Shown here: piece after piece, positions 24,840 to 35,166 of the stretch
How the letters are laid out: the number at the start of each line of letters is the position of its first letter
Position numbering within the stretch: the stretch's first letter is position 1
Source: Candidatus Bipolaricaulota bacterium
GTDB taxonomy: Bacteria; Bipolaricaulota; Bipolaricaulia; RBG-16-55-9; DRXL01
Direction: 5' to 3'
NCBI GenBank assembly: GCA_025061735.1
Contig: JANXAU010000080.1
Span: 3,857-67,856, forward strand
Length of the DNA stretch: 64,000 bases
Program-made: the position numbers and the translations under genes
Notes under the pieces: generated by a model
What the model saw: the letters and a program-made list of their open reading frames with translations, nothing else
What the model was told of the DNA's origin: nothing
Databases searched by the model: none

Positions 24840-25011
24840 AACAAGACCTCCCTGCCGATCGGCCAATCCCGCTTGGTGGGGTTATGGTGATGCGTTTATT
24901 TTATTGCCCTCCGAGGGTATCTGCAAGCTCTTTGACAGCCCTCGCCGAGTGTTGCTTGCCCCCACGCGCTTTGAGTAAGATAGGACACACTATGCAGGAG
25001 GGAGGCTCTCT

Positions 25012-27381
25012 ATGTCGGGAGATTTTGCGGTGGTGGGCAAAGCGTTGCCCAAGGTAGACGGCTTGGCCAAGTGCACCGGGCAGACCAAATACGCCGACGA
25101 TCTCAGCCTGCCCCGAATGCTCTACGGCAAGCTCTTGCGCAGCCCGCATCCTCACGCCAAGATTCTTCGTATTGATGCAAGCAAAGCGCTGGCGCTGCCG
25201 GGGGTCTTCGCGGTCATCACGGGGAAAGACCTGCCCATAAAGTTTGGGATCATGCCCTCCAGCCAAGACGAGCACGCCTTAGCGGTTGACAAGGTGCGCT
25301 ACGTCGGCGACCCCGTCGCCGCGGTCGCCGCGATTGACGAAGAGACCGCCGAACGCGCCTGCGAACTCATCGAAGTCGAGTACCAAAAGCTCCCCGCGAT
25401 CATGACGATTGAAGAGGCCCTGAAAGAGCAGAACGTCCGGATTCACGAAGACTTCGGCGCGGGCGGTAACCTCCACAAAGTCGTCGCGCTGGAGTTCGGC
25501 AACGTCGACGAGGGCTTCCAAGAAGCCGAATACATCCGAGAAGATCTCTTCTTCTATCAGGGCAGCACCCATCTGCCGATGGAACAGCATGCTTGTCTAG
25601 CCCAATACGATCTCGACGGAAAGATCACCCTCTGGAGTTCAACCCAGACGCCCCACTACGTCCATCGCGCCTTGGCCAAAGTCTTACAAATGCCTGAAAG
25701 CAAGATTAGAGTGATCGCTCCTCCCGTAGGCGGCGGCTTCGGCGGCAAGGACGACCCCTTCAGCCACGAGATCTGCGCCGCCAAGCTCGCCATGCTCACC
25801 GGGCGTCCCGTGAAGATCACCCTCACGCGCGACGAGGTCTTCTACACCCACCGCGGGCGGCATCCCGTCTTGATGTGGGTCAAGACCGGCGTCAAGCGCG
25901 ACGGAAGGATCACCGCCATGCACTTTCGTTCGTTTCTCGACGGCGGCGCCCACGGCAGCTACGGCGTCGCCACGACCTACTACACCGGGGCCTTGCAACC
26001 CGTCACTTATAAGATTCCCCACTATAAGTTTGAAGCCGTGCGCGTCTTCACCAACAAGCCCCCCTGCGGCCCCAAGCGCGCCCACGGCACCCCGCAGCCC
26101 CGCTACGCCCTCGAAATTCATATGGACAAGCTCGCCGAAGACCTGGGCCTCGACCCCGTCGAGATGCGCAGACGCAACCTCACCGGCCCTCATCACGTCA
26201 CGGTCAATTGGCTGAAGATCAACAGCAACGGCGTGCGCGAGTGCTTGGAGAAGGTCGTCGAGGCCTCAGGGTATCAAAAGAAGAGAAAGAGGGGCGGGGG
26301 TCGAAGGGGGGTCGGCCTGGCGATCAGCACCTATATCTGCGGCGCGGGCCTGCCCATCTATTGGAACGACATGCCCCAGTCCGAAGTGCATCTCAAGATA
26401 GACCGCACCGGGCGCGTGACCGCGTTTTCGGGCGCGATAGACATCGGCCAAGGCTCTAACACGATGCTGGCGACCTTCGTCGCGGAAGTCTTGGGCTTGC
26501 GGCCTGAGGAGATCGCGCTCGTGACCGCCGATACGGATCTGACCCCCATTGACCTGGGCAGCTACTCAAGCCGCGTGACGATGATGATGGGCCACGCCGC
26601 AATTCAAGCCGCCGAGAAGCTCAAGAAGCTGCTCTTTGAAGCCGTGAGCGAGAAGCTTGGTGTCCCTACGGAGCGTCTCGTCGCGCGCGACCATCGGATC
26701 TACGACCGCGAGAACCCTGCAAAATCTATTGCGTTTGACGAGGCCGCGCGCTTGGCCGAGGCCAAGTTCGGGACGCTCGCCGCGACGGGGAGCTATTGGG
26801 CCCCGAAGAAATTGGGAACCTACAAAGGCTCTGGGGTGGGGCCGTCGCCGGCGTACAGCTTTTCGGCGTGCGTGGCCGAGGTTGAGTGCGATCCCGAAAC
26901 GGGTCAGATCAACGTTGAGAAGATCTGGCTGGCGCACGATATTGGGCGTCCGATCAACGAGACGCTCGTCATCGGGCAGGTCGAGGGCAGTGTCTATATG
27001 GGCCTGGGCGAAGTGCTCATGGAAGAGCAAGAGTTCAGAAACAGACTAGGGATTCACAAGATCCCGTCGTTGTTGGATTACAAGAGCCTGACGACCAAGG
27101 AGATGCCACCCGTCGAGACGTTCTTGATCTACACCGACGAACCCAACGGCCCCTTCGGGGCCAAGGAGGCGGGCCAAGGCCCCTTAAGTCCCGTCATTCC
27201 CGCGGTGGCTAACGCCGTTTATGACGCGCTGGGGATCCGCATCGACGAGATCCCGATCACGCCGGAGAAGGTGCTCAAAGCGCTAGAAGACAAAGCCAAG
27301 GGCGGGAAGGGACGAGTGGGGCCGGAGCGCATGCCGGACTTTCAGTTCCCAGCGCCTATCAAAGTCGAACCACCAAAATAA
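25012..27381 (+). CDS. molybdopterin-dependent hydroxylase large subunit (xanthine dehydrogenase/aldehyde oxidase/CoxL family)
   Basis: 789 aa. N-terminal a/b-hammerhead VGKALPKVDGLAKCTGQTKYADD and MoCo-binding domains. SD GGAGGGAGG. No FAD or 2Fe-2S subunit genes adjacent. Confidence 0.85.
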   Translation: MSGDFAVVGKALPKVDGLAKCTGQTKYADDLSLPRMLYGKLLRSPHPHAKILRIDASKALALPGVFAVITGKDLPIKFGIMPSSQDEHALAVDKVRYVGDPVAAVAAIDEETAERACELIEVEYQKLPAIMTIEEALKEQNVRIHEDFGAGGNLHKVVALEFGNVDEGFQEAEYIREDLFFYQGSTHLPMEQHACLAQYDLDGKITLWSSTQTPHYVHRALAKVLQMPESKIRVIAPPVGGGFGGKDDPFSHEICAAKLAMLTGRPVKITLTRDEVFYTHRGRHPVLMWVKTGVKRDGRITAMHFRSFLDGGAHGSYGVATTYYTGALQPVTYKIPHYKFEAVRVFTNKPPCGPKRAHGTPQPRYALEIHMDKLAEDLGLDPVEMRRRNLTGPHHVTVNWLKINSNGVRECLEKVVEASGYQKKRKRGGGRRGVGLAISTYICGAGLPIYWNDMPQSEVHLKIDRTGRVTAFSGAIDIGQGSNTMLATFVAEVLGLRPEEIALVTADTDLTPIDLGSYSSRVTMMMGHAAIQAAEKLKKLLFEAVSEKLGVPTERLVARDHRIYDRENPAKSIAFDEAARLAEAKFGTLAATGSYWAPKKLGTYKGSGVGPSPAYSFSACVAEVECDPETGQINVEKIWLAHDIGRPINETLVIGQVEGSVYMGLGEVLMEEQEFRNRLGIHKIPSLLDYKSLTTKEMPPVETFLIYTDEPNGPFGAKEAGQGPLSPVIPAVANAVYDALGIRIDEIPITPEKVLKALEDKAKGGKGRVGPERMPDFQFPAPIKVEPPK

Positions 27382-27482
27382 CTTGCGATCGGCTCGGTTT
27401 TTTGCGATAATAGGGCGCTCGCCAGCCGCAACGCGCCCCAACCAGATGCGCTGGCACGATCTGTTACCGAGGTGATTGACTT

Positions 27483-27671
27483 ATGGCCGCTTGCGCGGTT
27501 TGTGGCAAGACGACGGCATTTGGGAATCAAGTGAGCTTCGCGGGAAATCGCAATAAGCGCACGTTCAAGCCCAATCTGCAACGGGTGCACGCCGTCATCG
27601 GTGGACGCAAGGCGCGCATCACCGTCTGCACGCGCTGCTTGAAGGCCGGCAAGGTCCAAAAAGCTCTCTGA
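27483..27671 (+). CDS. rpmB: 50S ribosomal protein L28
   Basis: 62 aa. The L28 pattern CAVCGK...GNQVSFAGNRNKRTFKPNLQ. Confidence 0.85.
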   Translation: MAACAVCGKTTAFGNQVSFAGNRNKRTFKPNLQRVHAVIGGRKARITVCTRCLKAGKVQKAL

Positions 27672-29473
27672 TGCTCCAGCCCCAGTCTATTCGCAACTTC
27701 ACGATCATCGGGCATATCGATCACGGCAAGTCCACGCTCGCCGACAGGATCTTAGAGCGCACCGGCGCGATCCCCGATCGCCTCATGCGCGATCAGTTTC
27801 TAGATCGAATGGACCTGGAGCGCGAGCGCGGCATCACGATCAAGGCCAAGACGTGCTCGTTTTCATACCGCGCCCGCGATGGCCAGCTCTACTATCTGAA
27901 TCTAGTAGACTGCCCCGGCCACGTAGATTTCGTCTATGAAGTCAGCAAGAGCCTCGCCGCGTGCGAGGGCGCGCTCTTGATCATTGACGCGACCCAAGGA
28001 ATCCAAGCGCAGACGCTGGCCAATTTCTATCTCGCCCAAGAGCAGAGGCTCACGATTATCCCCGTGATCAACAAGATCGACATGGAGGAAGCCGACATAG
28101 CCCGCGTCGAGCTGCAGATCGAAGATCAGTTAGGGATTCCCAAAGAAGAGGCCCTCAAGATCAGCGCCAAGCTCGGCTGGGGGATTGACGAAGTCTTAGA
28201 GGCGATCGTGCGGCGCATCCCTGCGCCTGCGGGAAGCGCAGAGCGCCCCTTGCGCGCGCTGATCTACGACTCGTTCTACGAGACGTATAAATTCGCGATC
28301 CCTTGTGTGCGCGTTGTAGATGGGATTTTGAAGCCGGGGATGACGATCCAGATGATGGGCCGGGGGACGGAGTTTACGGTCGAAGAAGTCGGGATCTTCA
28401 CGCCGGAGATGAAGAAGAGCGACGCGCTTGGCCCCGGCAGCGTCGGGTATCTCACGGCGAAGATCAAGGACGTGCGCGAGATCGGTGTTGGCGACACGAT
28501 CACGGAGCGCGCGCGCCCGTGCGACGCCCCTCTGCCCGGCTATCGGCCCTTAAAGCCGATGGTCTTCGCCGGGCTCTATCCTACCCATCCGGGGAATTTT
28601 GAAGCGCTGCGCGGCGCGCTGGAGAAGCTCAGCCTCAACGACGCGTCGTTTAGCTTTGAAGAGGAGCACTCCGAGGCGCTGGGGCGGGGCTTTAGGGTGG
28701 GGTTTTTGGGGATGCTTCATGCCGAGATCGTCCAAGAGCGCTTGGAGCGGGAGTTCAAGATTCCCCTGGTCGTCACGGCCCCCAGCGTCGAGTATCAGAT
28801 TACGCTCAAGAACGGCGAGAGATTGCGCTGCGACAACCCCAGCAAATTCCCCGACGCCGGCCAGATCGCCGAGGTCGCCGAGCCGTTCGTCAGGCTCAAG
28901 ATTCTCACCCCTGAACGCTTCTTGGGGTCTATCTTGGAGCTATTAGAGCAACGGCGCGGCGAGTACCGCGAGATGGACTTTCTCAGCGACGGGCGCGTGG
29001 CGATTCACTATGACTTGCCCTTGGCCGAGATCGCCACGGATTTCTATGACAAGCTCAAGTCGCGGTCTCAGGGCTACGCCTCGATGGACTACGAGCCGAT
29101 TGGGTATCGTCCCGGAGATTTGGTCAAGCTGAATCTCTTTGTCAATCGAGAGCCGGTAGATGCGCTCTCGGTGATCGTCCATCGCGACCAAGCGTATTCT
29201 GTCGGGAAGGCGCTCTGTCAGAAGCTCAAGGAGAAGATCCCCTCACAGATGTTCCCCATTCCGATTCAGGCGGCGATTGGCAAGCGCGTCGTGGCGCGAG
29301 AGACGATCCCGGCTCGGCACAACGACATCACGGGCTGGATGTCGGGGGGCGATGTGACGCGCAAGCTCAAGCTCTTGGAGAAGCAAAAAGAAGGGCGCCG
29401 ACGGCTCGCGGCGATTGGCAAGGTCGAGATCCCTCAAGAGGCGTTTCTTGCCGTCTTGGAGCGCGAGATTTGA
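27671..29473 (+). CDS. lepA: elongation factor 4
   Basis: N-terminal IRNFTIIGHIDHGKSTLADR, GTPase G1-G5 motifs, and the LepA-specific C-terminal domain. 600 aa. Confidence 0.95.
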   Translation: MLQPQSIRNFTIIGHIDHGKSTLADRILERTGAIPDRLMRDQFLDRMDLERERGITIKAKTCSFSYRARDGQLYYLNLVDCPGHVDFVYEVSKSLAACEGALLIIDATQGIQAQTLANFYLAQEQRLTIIPVINKIDMEEADIARVELQIEDQLGIPKEEALKISAKLGWGIDEVLEAIVRRIPAPAGSAERPLRALIYDSFYETYKFAIPCVRVVDGILKPGMTIQMMGRGTEFTVEEVGIFTPEMKKSDALGPGSVGYLTAKIKDVREIGVGDTITERARPCDAPLPGYRPLKPMVFAGLYPTHPGNFEALRGALEKLSLNDASFSFEEEHSEALGRGFRVGFLGMLHAEIVQERLEREFKIPLVVTAPSVEYQITLKNGERLRCDNPSKFPDAGQIAEVAEPFVRLKILTPERFLGSILELLEQRRGEYREMDFLSDGRVAIHYDLPLAEIATDFYDKLKSRSQGYASMDYEPIGYRPGDLVKLNLFVNREPVDALSVIVHRDQAYSVGKALCQKLKEKIPSQMFPIPIQAAIGKRVVARETIPARHNDITGWMSGGDVTRKLKLLEKQKEGRRRLAAIGKVEIPQEAFLAVLEREI

Positions 29474-29541
29474 GAAGTGAAGCAACCAAAGCCCGTTTGA
29501 CAGCAGCAGCTCTTGTATCTAAAATTAAATACTAAGAAAAA

Positions 29542-30849
29542 ATGGAACGCTATATCGCTCTCGTTCTGTTTCTGTTGGCTTATGCGCTTTTTGTGATCTT
29601 CCCCAAGCATCGCTCGTGGGTCGCCAGTGGGGGCGCACTTCTCTTGATGCTCTTGGGGGTCGTCTCGCCGATGCTGGTCTTCTTCGGCGAAGCGGGCAAA
29701 GAATCTCTTATCAGTTGGAACGTGATGGGGATCTTCGTGGGCACGCTTATCTTGGCCGACTTATTCATCTGGTCGCGCGTGCCCCATTTTGTCGCTGAGA
29801 GATTGGTCAATAAGTCGCGCAGCGTCTGCTGGGCGATGGTCAAAGTCTGTGCGTTTTCGGGGTTTCTCTCGATCTTCGCCGAGAACGTGGCTGTTGTTCT
29901 CATCGTCGCGCCGATTGCGTTTGCGCTCGCGGAGAAGCTCAAGACCAGCCCCGTCCCGCTGATCATCGGGGTCACGATCTCGTCGAATCTCCAAGGAGCG
30001 GCGACGCTCATCGGCGACCCCGCGAGCATGATCTTCGCCGAGTACGTTCACGCGACGTTCAACGATTTCTTCTGGTACAAAGGGCAGGGGCTTGGGGTCT
30101 TCTTCGCCATTCAGTTTGGGGCGCTCACGTCGCTGCCGGTGCTCTACTGGGCGTTTCGCAAGCTGAATCGGCGCGTGGTGCTCGTGGCGGAAGAGCGGGT
30201 GATGAGCTGGGGGCCTACGGTCTTTCTGGCCACGATGATCGTGGCGCTGGCTCTGGCGTCGTCGGCGCAAGCGCACGACTGGCTAGGAGCGATCTGTATG
30301 ATCTGGGGAGCGGGCGGCTTGATCTGGTACGAGCTGGTGGGCCGGAACGATCGCGAGCGCTTCCCCGATACGCCCTGGCAGATTCTCAAGAGACTCGACT
30401 GGGACTCGGCGTTCTTCCTGATGGGGGTTTTCACGCTCGTCGGAGCGCTCGTCGAGAAGGGGTGGATTGATCTCTTTGCTGGGTGGCTCAAGTCGGTGCT
30501 TGGGGAGGATTTGCTCCTCTCGTACGTTGTGATTATCTTGTTGTCTATGCTGGTGTCGGCGTTTGTAGATAACATCCCGTATCTGATGGCGATGATCCCG
30601 GTGGTGATGAAGCTGGCGGCGCCGGGGGCAGGACAAGAAGCCCTGCTCTTTGGATTGCTAATAGCCGCGAGCTTAGGGGGAAACATCACGCCGATTGGGG
30701 CCTCGGCGAATATTGTCGGTGCGGGGCAATTGCGCCAGCGCGGGCATATTCTGGGCTTTCGGGAGTTTGGGAGAATTGGGCTGCCGTTCACGCTCGCCGC
30801 GACGATCCCCGCGGCGATCTTTCTCTATCTGCTCTGGGTGATCTTCTAA
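29542..30849 (+). CDS. anion permease, ArsB/NhaD (IT) superfamily
   Basis: 435 aa. About 12 TM segments with an internal repeat. Promoter TTGACA-17-TAAAAT at 29497-29525, about 10-nt leader without SD. Confidence 0.65.
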   Translation: MERYIALVLFLLAYALFVIFPKHRSWVASGGALLLMLLGVVSPMLVFFGEAGKESLISWNVMGIFVGTLILADLFIWSRVPHFVAERLVNKSRSVCWAMVKVCAFSGFLSIFAENVAVVLIVAPIAFALAEKLKTSPVPLIIGVTISSNLQGAATLIGDPASMIFAEYVHATFNDFFWYKGQGLGVFFAIQFGALTSLPVLYWAFRKLNRRVVLVAEERVMSWGPTVFLATMIVALALASSAQAHDWLGAICMIWGAGGLIWYELVGRNDRERFPDTPWQILKRLDWDSAFFLMGVFTLVGALVEKGWIDLFAGWLKSVLGEDLLLSYVVIILLSMLVSAFVDNIPYLMAMIPVVMKLAAPGAGQEALLFGLLIAASLGGNITPIGASANIVGAGQLRQRGHILGFREFGRIGLPFTLAATIPAAIFLYLLWVIF

Positions 30850-30920
30850 GCGATAGGGGGACTTGCACGACGCCCTGCTCGTGCGCTACGATCTCCCCTA
30901 AGAAGCGAGGATGAACGCTC

Positions 30921-32489
30921 ATGCTGCTCTTAAGAGAGACACTCTCCCAAGCCTTGCGTCGCTACCCTCGCGCCCTCGCAACGCTCTGCGGCTCCACTCA
31001 ACACACCTACGAAGAGTTCTCCGAGCGCGTCTGCCGCCTCGCTAACGGCCTAGCGAGCTTGGGGGTAGAGAAAGGCGACCGGATTGCTGTCTTGATGCTC
31101 AATTGCCATCGCTTTTTGGAGATCTATTACGCGACGGCTCTTGGGGGCTATGTGATCGTGCCCCTGAACGTGCGCTGGGGCGCGAAAGAGTTCGCCTACG
31201 CGCTCCAAGACTGCAATCCCAAAGTCTTCATGCTCGACGCTGTCGTGGCGCAACACTTAAGCCCATTTATAGAACCGATCAAATCTTTTGGCGTGCAGCA
31301 CTTTCTCTTCGCCTCCGACGAGCCGCCCCCAACGGGGATGATCTCTTACGAAGAGCTGCTGCAGCGCTCCCCCAGCGCGCCGCCCTCTGTGAACGTGAGC
31401 GAAGACGATCTCGCTGGGCTGTTTTATACGTCGGGAACGACCGGCGAACCCAAGGGCGTCATGCTCACTCATAGAAATTTAGTCATGAACGCCTATCACG
31501 CGCAGATCGCCATTCGATTCGACGCCGAGAGCGTCTACCTGCACGCGGCCCCCATGTTTCATCTAGCCGACGGCGCAGCGACATATACCGTCACGTGGAA
31601 CGGCGGCACGCACGCGTTCGTCCCCAAGTTCGACCCCGCCGATGTCCTGAGAGCCATCTCTCGCTATCGCGTCACCTCTACGGTGCTCGTCCCCACGATG
31701 ATCAATATGCTGATTCACTCTCCCGATATAGAGAGGAGCGACCTGAGCAGTCTTCAACAGATTTTGTACGGGGCGTCGCCCATCGCGCCGGAGCTGCTCA
31801 AGCGCGCGATGCAGACGCTAAAGTGCCGATTCCAGCAGGGCTATGGGATGACCGAGGCCGCGCCGTTGGTCAGCGTGCTGACGGCGCACGATCACGAGCG
31901 GGCGCTGCGCGGTGACGAGAGACTTTTAGCTTCGGCGGGCCGGCCCATCTTGGGAGTAGATGTGCGCATCGTCAATGACGATGATCGCGACGTCTCTCGT
32001 GGGGAAGTGGGCGAGATCGTGGTGCGTGGGCCGAACATCATGAAGGGCTATTGGAAGAAGCCCGAAGAGACCGCGAAGGCTCTGCGCGGCGGCTGGTATC
32101 ACACCAAAGACATGGCCCGTCAAGATTCAGAGGGCTATCTCTACATCGTAGATCGTAAAGACGATATGATCATCACCGGGGGCGAGAACGTCTATTCTAC
32201 CGAAGTCGAAGCAGTGCTCTATCAACATCCAGATATACTAGAAGCCGCGGTGATCGGCGTTCCCGATGAGCGTTGGGGCGAAGCGATCAAAGCGTTGGTT
32301 GTGCTTCGTCCTGGTGCGCGCCTGTCGGAAGCCGACGTGATCGCGCACTGCAAGGCTCTGCTCTCTTCGTACAAAGTGCCACGCAGTGTCGAGTTTGTTG
32401 CTGAGCTGCCCAAGAGCGGCACGGGCAAGATCCTCAAGAGCGCTCTGCGCGAGCGCTACTGGGCCAACCGAGAGCGCCGCGTGCATTGA
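30921..32489 (+). CDS. AMP-dependent acyl-CoA synthetase/ligase
   Basis: AMP-binding motif YTSGTTGEPKGV, followed by ...GYGMTEA... and GWYHTKD. Confidence 0.85.
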   Translation: MLLLRETLSQALRRYPRALATLCGSTQHTYEEFSERVCRLANGLASLGVEKGDRIAVLMLNCHRFLEIYYATALGGYVIVPLNVRWGAKEFAYALQDCNPKVFMLDAVVAQHLSPFIEPIKSFGVQHFLFASDEPPPTGMISYEELLQRSPSAPPSVNVSEDDLAGLFYTSGTTGEPKGVMLTHRNLVMNAYHAQIAIRFDAESVYLHAAPMFHLADGAATYTVTWNGGTHAFVPKFDPADVLRAISRYRVTSTVLVPTMINMLIHSPDIERSDLSSLQQILYGASPIAPELLKRAMQTLKCRFQQGYGMTEAAPLVSVLTAHDHERALRGDERLLASAGRPILGVDVRIVNDDDRDVSRGEVGEIVVRGPNIMKGYWKKPEETAKALRGGWYHTKDMARQDSEGYLYIVDRKDDMIITGGENVYSTEVEAVLYQHPDILEAAVIGVPDERWGEAIKALVVLRPGARLSEADVIAHCKALLSSYKVPRSVEFVAELPKSGTGKILKSALRERYWANRERRVH

Positions 32490-32587
32490 TGCGCAGCTTG
32501 TCTACGTGCGCTCAACACTCGCACATCATCGCTGCGCCTATGCTCTGTCAAGGCAAGCAGACTTGACCTTCCGGCTTGCCCGCGCCT

Positions 32588-33355
32588 TTATGATTCCCCC
32601 GACGTGTTGTTGCCCTCGATCTGAACGGTGCCCAGCAACGTTACTTGCCCTTCAAAGAGATCTCGTTCGTAGCCGCACTCGCGCTTCCATGCCCCTATGC
32701 CCCAGTCAGCATTGCCCTGAATGACGGAGTTCGTCATCCACACGCGAGCTGCCTCTCGCACCGTCAGCCCATTGCACACCCACGCGACCCACCGACAGTT
32801 GGGATGCACGCCGTTGTCTGAGAGCTTGCTCGCTACAAGAGACACAACAGCTTCTTTACCAGCAGCGATCAGCCCATCGCGCTGGCTGCGAGTAATCGTG
32901 ACGCGCTCTGCAGTCACGACTCCACCTCTGATCTCCAGGCCGACTCGATTCGCCTCAAAAGTTGTGTCGAGCAGCTTTACGTTGCCATCCTGGATCTCTA
33001 AGCCTACCCAGTTCTCCGAGAGCTTGGAGTTGCTCAGCCGAACTTGTGCCCTCTCCCATATTAAGATTCCTAGCTGCTGTTGGGAGATTGAGAGCTTCTC
33101 TAGTTGAACGAAAGCAGAATGGCTCACCCTCAGGCCAACCTCCCCATCGGCCATAGTGACTCCAGAGCCGGTGACACGAGCCGAGTCCCCCACTATTCCT
33201 GCACGGTGACAGAGCATTCGCCTTGCTGGGCTGCACTCCCGACAGACAAGACCAGCCCAACCCCCAAGACCGCCCCGATCACAAAGATAATGCGCATGGC
33301 GCTCGCCTCCTCTCGCAAGTTTTGATTCTAGCACACACCGACCATCTGACGCCAA
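32588..33355 (-). CDS. right-handed parallel beta-helix repeat protein, probably disrupted by an N-terminal frameshift
   Basis: Beta-helix repeats (VGLEIQDGNVKL.., VGLEIRGGVVT.., ...). A good signal peptide MRIIFVIGAVLGVGLVLSVGSAAQQGE is encoded in the -1 frame (33297..33193) and stops at TAG 33195-33193. The body frame has a junk-like N-terminus. Confidence 0.5.
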   Translation of the reverse strand: MASDGRCVLESKLARGGERHAHYLCDRGGLGGWAGLVCRECSPARRMLCHRAGIVGDSARVTGSGVTMADGEVGLRVSHSAFVQLEKLSISQQQLGILIWERAQVRLSNSKLSENWVGLEIQDGNVKLLDTTFEANRVGLEIRGGVVTAERVTITRSQRDGLIAAGKEAVVSLVASKLSDNGVHPNCRWVAWVCNGLTVREAARVWMTNSVIQGNADWGIGAWKRECGYERDLFEGQVTLLGTVQIEGNNTSGES

Positions 33356-33386
33356 GTGGTTTGATATACGCTATCGCGGTCGCAGA

Positions 33387-35084
33387 TTACTGCGAATTCG
33401 CGGGGAAGCTCAAGCGGTTGTTCGCGCGGTTCTCCTCGAGCACGTCACGGTCGGGGTTGATCTCGGCGTGCAGCGGCGCAACCCGACTGGTGAAGAGCAC
33501 GATCTCCGAACTCTGCTCGTTGAGCCAACGGGTCTCTACTTGGCTGCCGTCGCGCAGCGTCAGCACGACCCTCACCGGCACCGCCAGCTCCCCTTGACGC
33601 ACCAGCGTCAGTCGTGTCTCAAACTGCCCATCGGGACGCGCCGTGACCGTCGCCACGGGGATCGCAAAATCGAGCGTCTTCGTCGTGCGCAGCCAAAAGT
33701 CAAAGAAGAGATCGAACTTGCGCTCGCTGATCTCTTCGATGACTCTGATAAAATCTGAAGTTGTCGCGTTCTTGAGCCGCCAGCGCCGATAGTACTCGCG
33801 CAGCGCCCGATCGAAGACCTCCCGACCCAAGACGCCCCGCAGCATCCATAAGATGCCAGAGCCTTTGGTATAGACGGTCTGAAAGTAGAGGCTGAGCGTG
33901 GGAAAGCGCTCGGCGCGCGTCAGCACGGGGATCCCCGGCTCGCGAAAGTCATAGGAACTGCGCACGGAAGAAGGGCGTCCCCGGCGCTCGATCTGATAGA
34001 GTTCTTCGGAAAAAGTCGTGAAGCCCTCGTCGAGCCAGGCCTCGTCCATCTCGTCGTTGCCCACCATCGCGTACCACCATTGGTGCGCCAGTTCGTGCAC
34101 GATCTCCGTCTCCGAGCCGCCGGCGATCATCACGATCCCTGGATACTCCATCCCACCGCCGACGGTCACTTGAGCGACAGTCATGACGGGATAGAGATAG
34201 GGACCGAAGCGCTCGCTGAAGAAGTTCATCGCGTCGGTGGCGATGGCGTTCATCGAAAGCCCCAGCGAGAGCACGCGCAGCTTGAGGCTCTCTGAAAGAG
34301 CGCTCTCTTGCACGCGATAGGCTCGACTGGCCACCCACGCGAAGTCGCGCACGCGCTCTGCTCTGATCGTGAGCAGCCTCTGATCGCCTACGACGGTCTC
34401 ACCGACGATCGCGCCCGTACTGCCCACAACGAAGTCCGCCGGCACGCGCAGCTCGACGGTGTAGTTCGCAAAGTCACCATAGAACTCGCCGATCAGCCCG
34501 TATAGATCCAAGTTCCAGCCCTCGTCGGCGTCGTAGACGACGACCTTGGGGTACCAAAGCGCAATCGTGTAGGTGCCGTTGCGGTGGCCGCTGCGCACGG
34601 CGAGGCTGCCGGCGAAGAGGTTGCGCGGCGAGGCTTCTAGTAAATCATTGACGAAGTCCATCTGGAGCGTGAGCGTGGCGCCGTCGGGCAAGGGCTGGGC
34701 CAACGGGACGCGCATCAGCGTGTCGTTGACCGTGAACGTCAGCTCTTGGGAGTTGGCGCGAACGCTCTTGACCTCCAAGAACGCATCGCTTTGAGGGTTG
34801 GCGTAGATCGCGTCGGGGGAGACTCCCGCGCGGCGCAGGTCTTGCTGGTACTTCGAGTTCGCGCCGCGCTTAAACGCATTCGGCACGACGTGAAAGTACA
34901 GCTCAGAAAGCGCTGTCCCCGTGCGATTGGTGAAGCGCACGGTCTGCGTAGCGACGATGACGTTCTTAGAGACATCGAGCTGAGCGACGATCGAGTACTC
35001 GATCTCGTTGGGCAGGGCGTGGGACGCCCAAGAGCACCAGATTAAAATTAGCAGCCAGAGAGGGATGAGAGTTCGCTTCTTCAT
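33387..35084 (-). CDS. secreted M1-family aminopeptidase
   Basis: Signal peptide MKKRTLIPLWLLILIWCSWASHA. Gluzincin motif HELAHQWW-(18)-WLDEGFTTF. SD GGAG before ATG 35084. Confidence 0.85.
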   Translation of the reverse strand: MKKRTLIPLWLLILIWCSWASHALPNEIEYSIVAQLDVSKNVIVATQTVRFTNRTGTALSELYFHVVPNAFKRGANSKYQQDLRRAGVSPDAIYANPQSDAFLEVKSVRANSQELTFTVNDTLMRVPLAQPLPDGATLTLQMDFVNDLLEASPRNLFAGSLAVRSGHRNGTYTIALWYPKVVVYDADEGWNLDLYGLIGEFYGDFANYTVELRVPADFVVGSTGAIVGETVVGDQRLLTIRAERVRDFAWVASRAYRVQESALSESLKLRVLSLGLSMNAIATDAMNFFSERFGPYLYPVMTVAQVTVGGGMEYPGIVMIAGGSETEIVHELAHQWWYAMVGNDEMDEAWLDEGFTTFSEELYQIERRGRPSSVRSSYDFREPGIPVLTRAERFPTLSLYFQTVYTKGSGILWMLRGVLGREVFDRALREYYRRWRLKNATTSDFIRVIEEISERKFDLFFDFWLRTTKTLDFAIPVATVTARPDGQFETRLTLVRQGELAVPVRVVLTLRDGSQVETRWLNEQSSEIVLFTSRVAPLHAEINPDRDVLEENRANNRLSFPANSQ

Positions 35085-35101
35085 AGCAATCTCCTTGGGG
35101 A

Positions 35102-35124
35102 GGCCCTCACCGAGAGTGAGGGCC
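35102..35124. repeat. palindromic element, outer-arm-only copy d (GGCCCTCAC-cgaga-GTGAGGGCC) followed by TTTTTG
   Basis: The same arm sequence as copies a, c and f, in a divergent intergenic region. Confidence 0.55.
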
Positions 35125-35166
35125 TGAACTTTTTGTATTATACTCAAAAAGAAAGGAGCCTGACCG

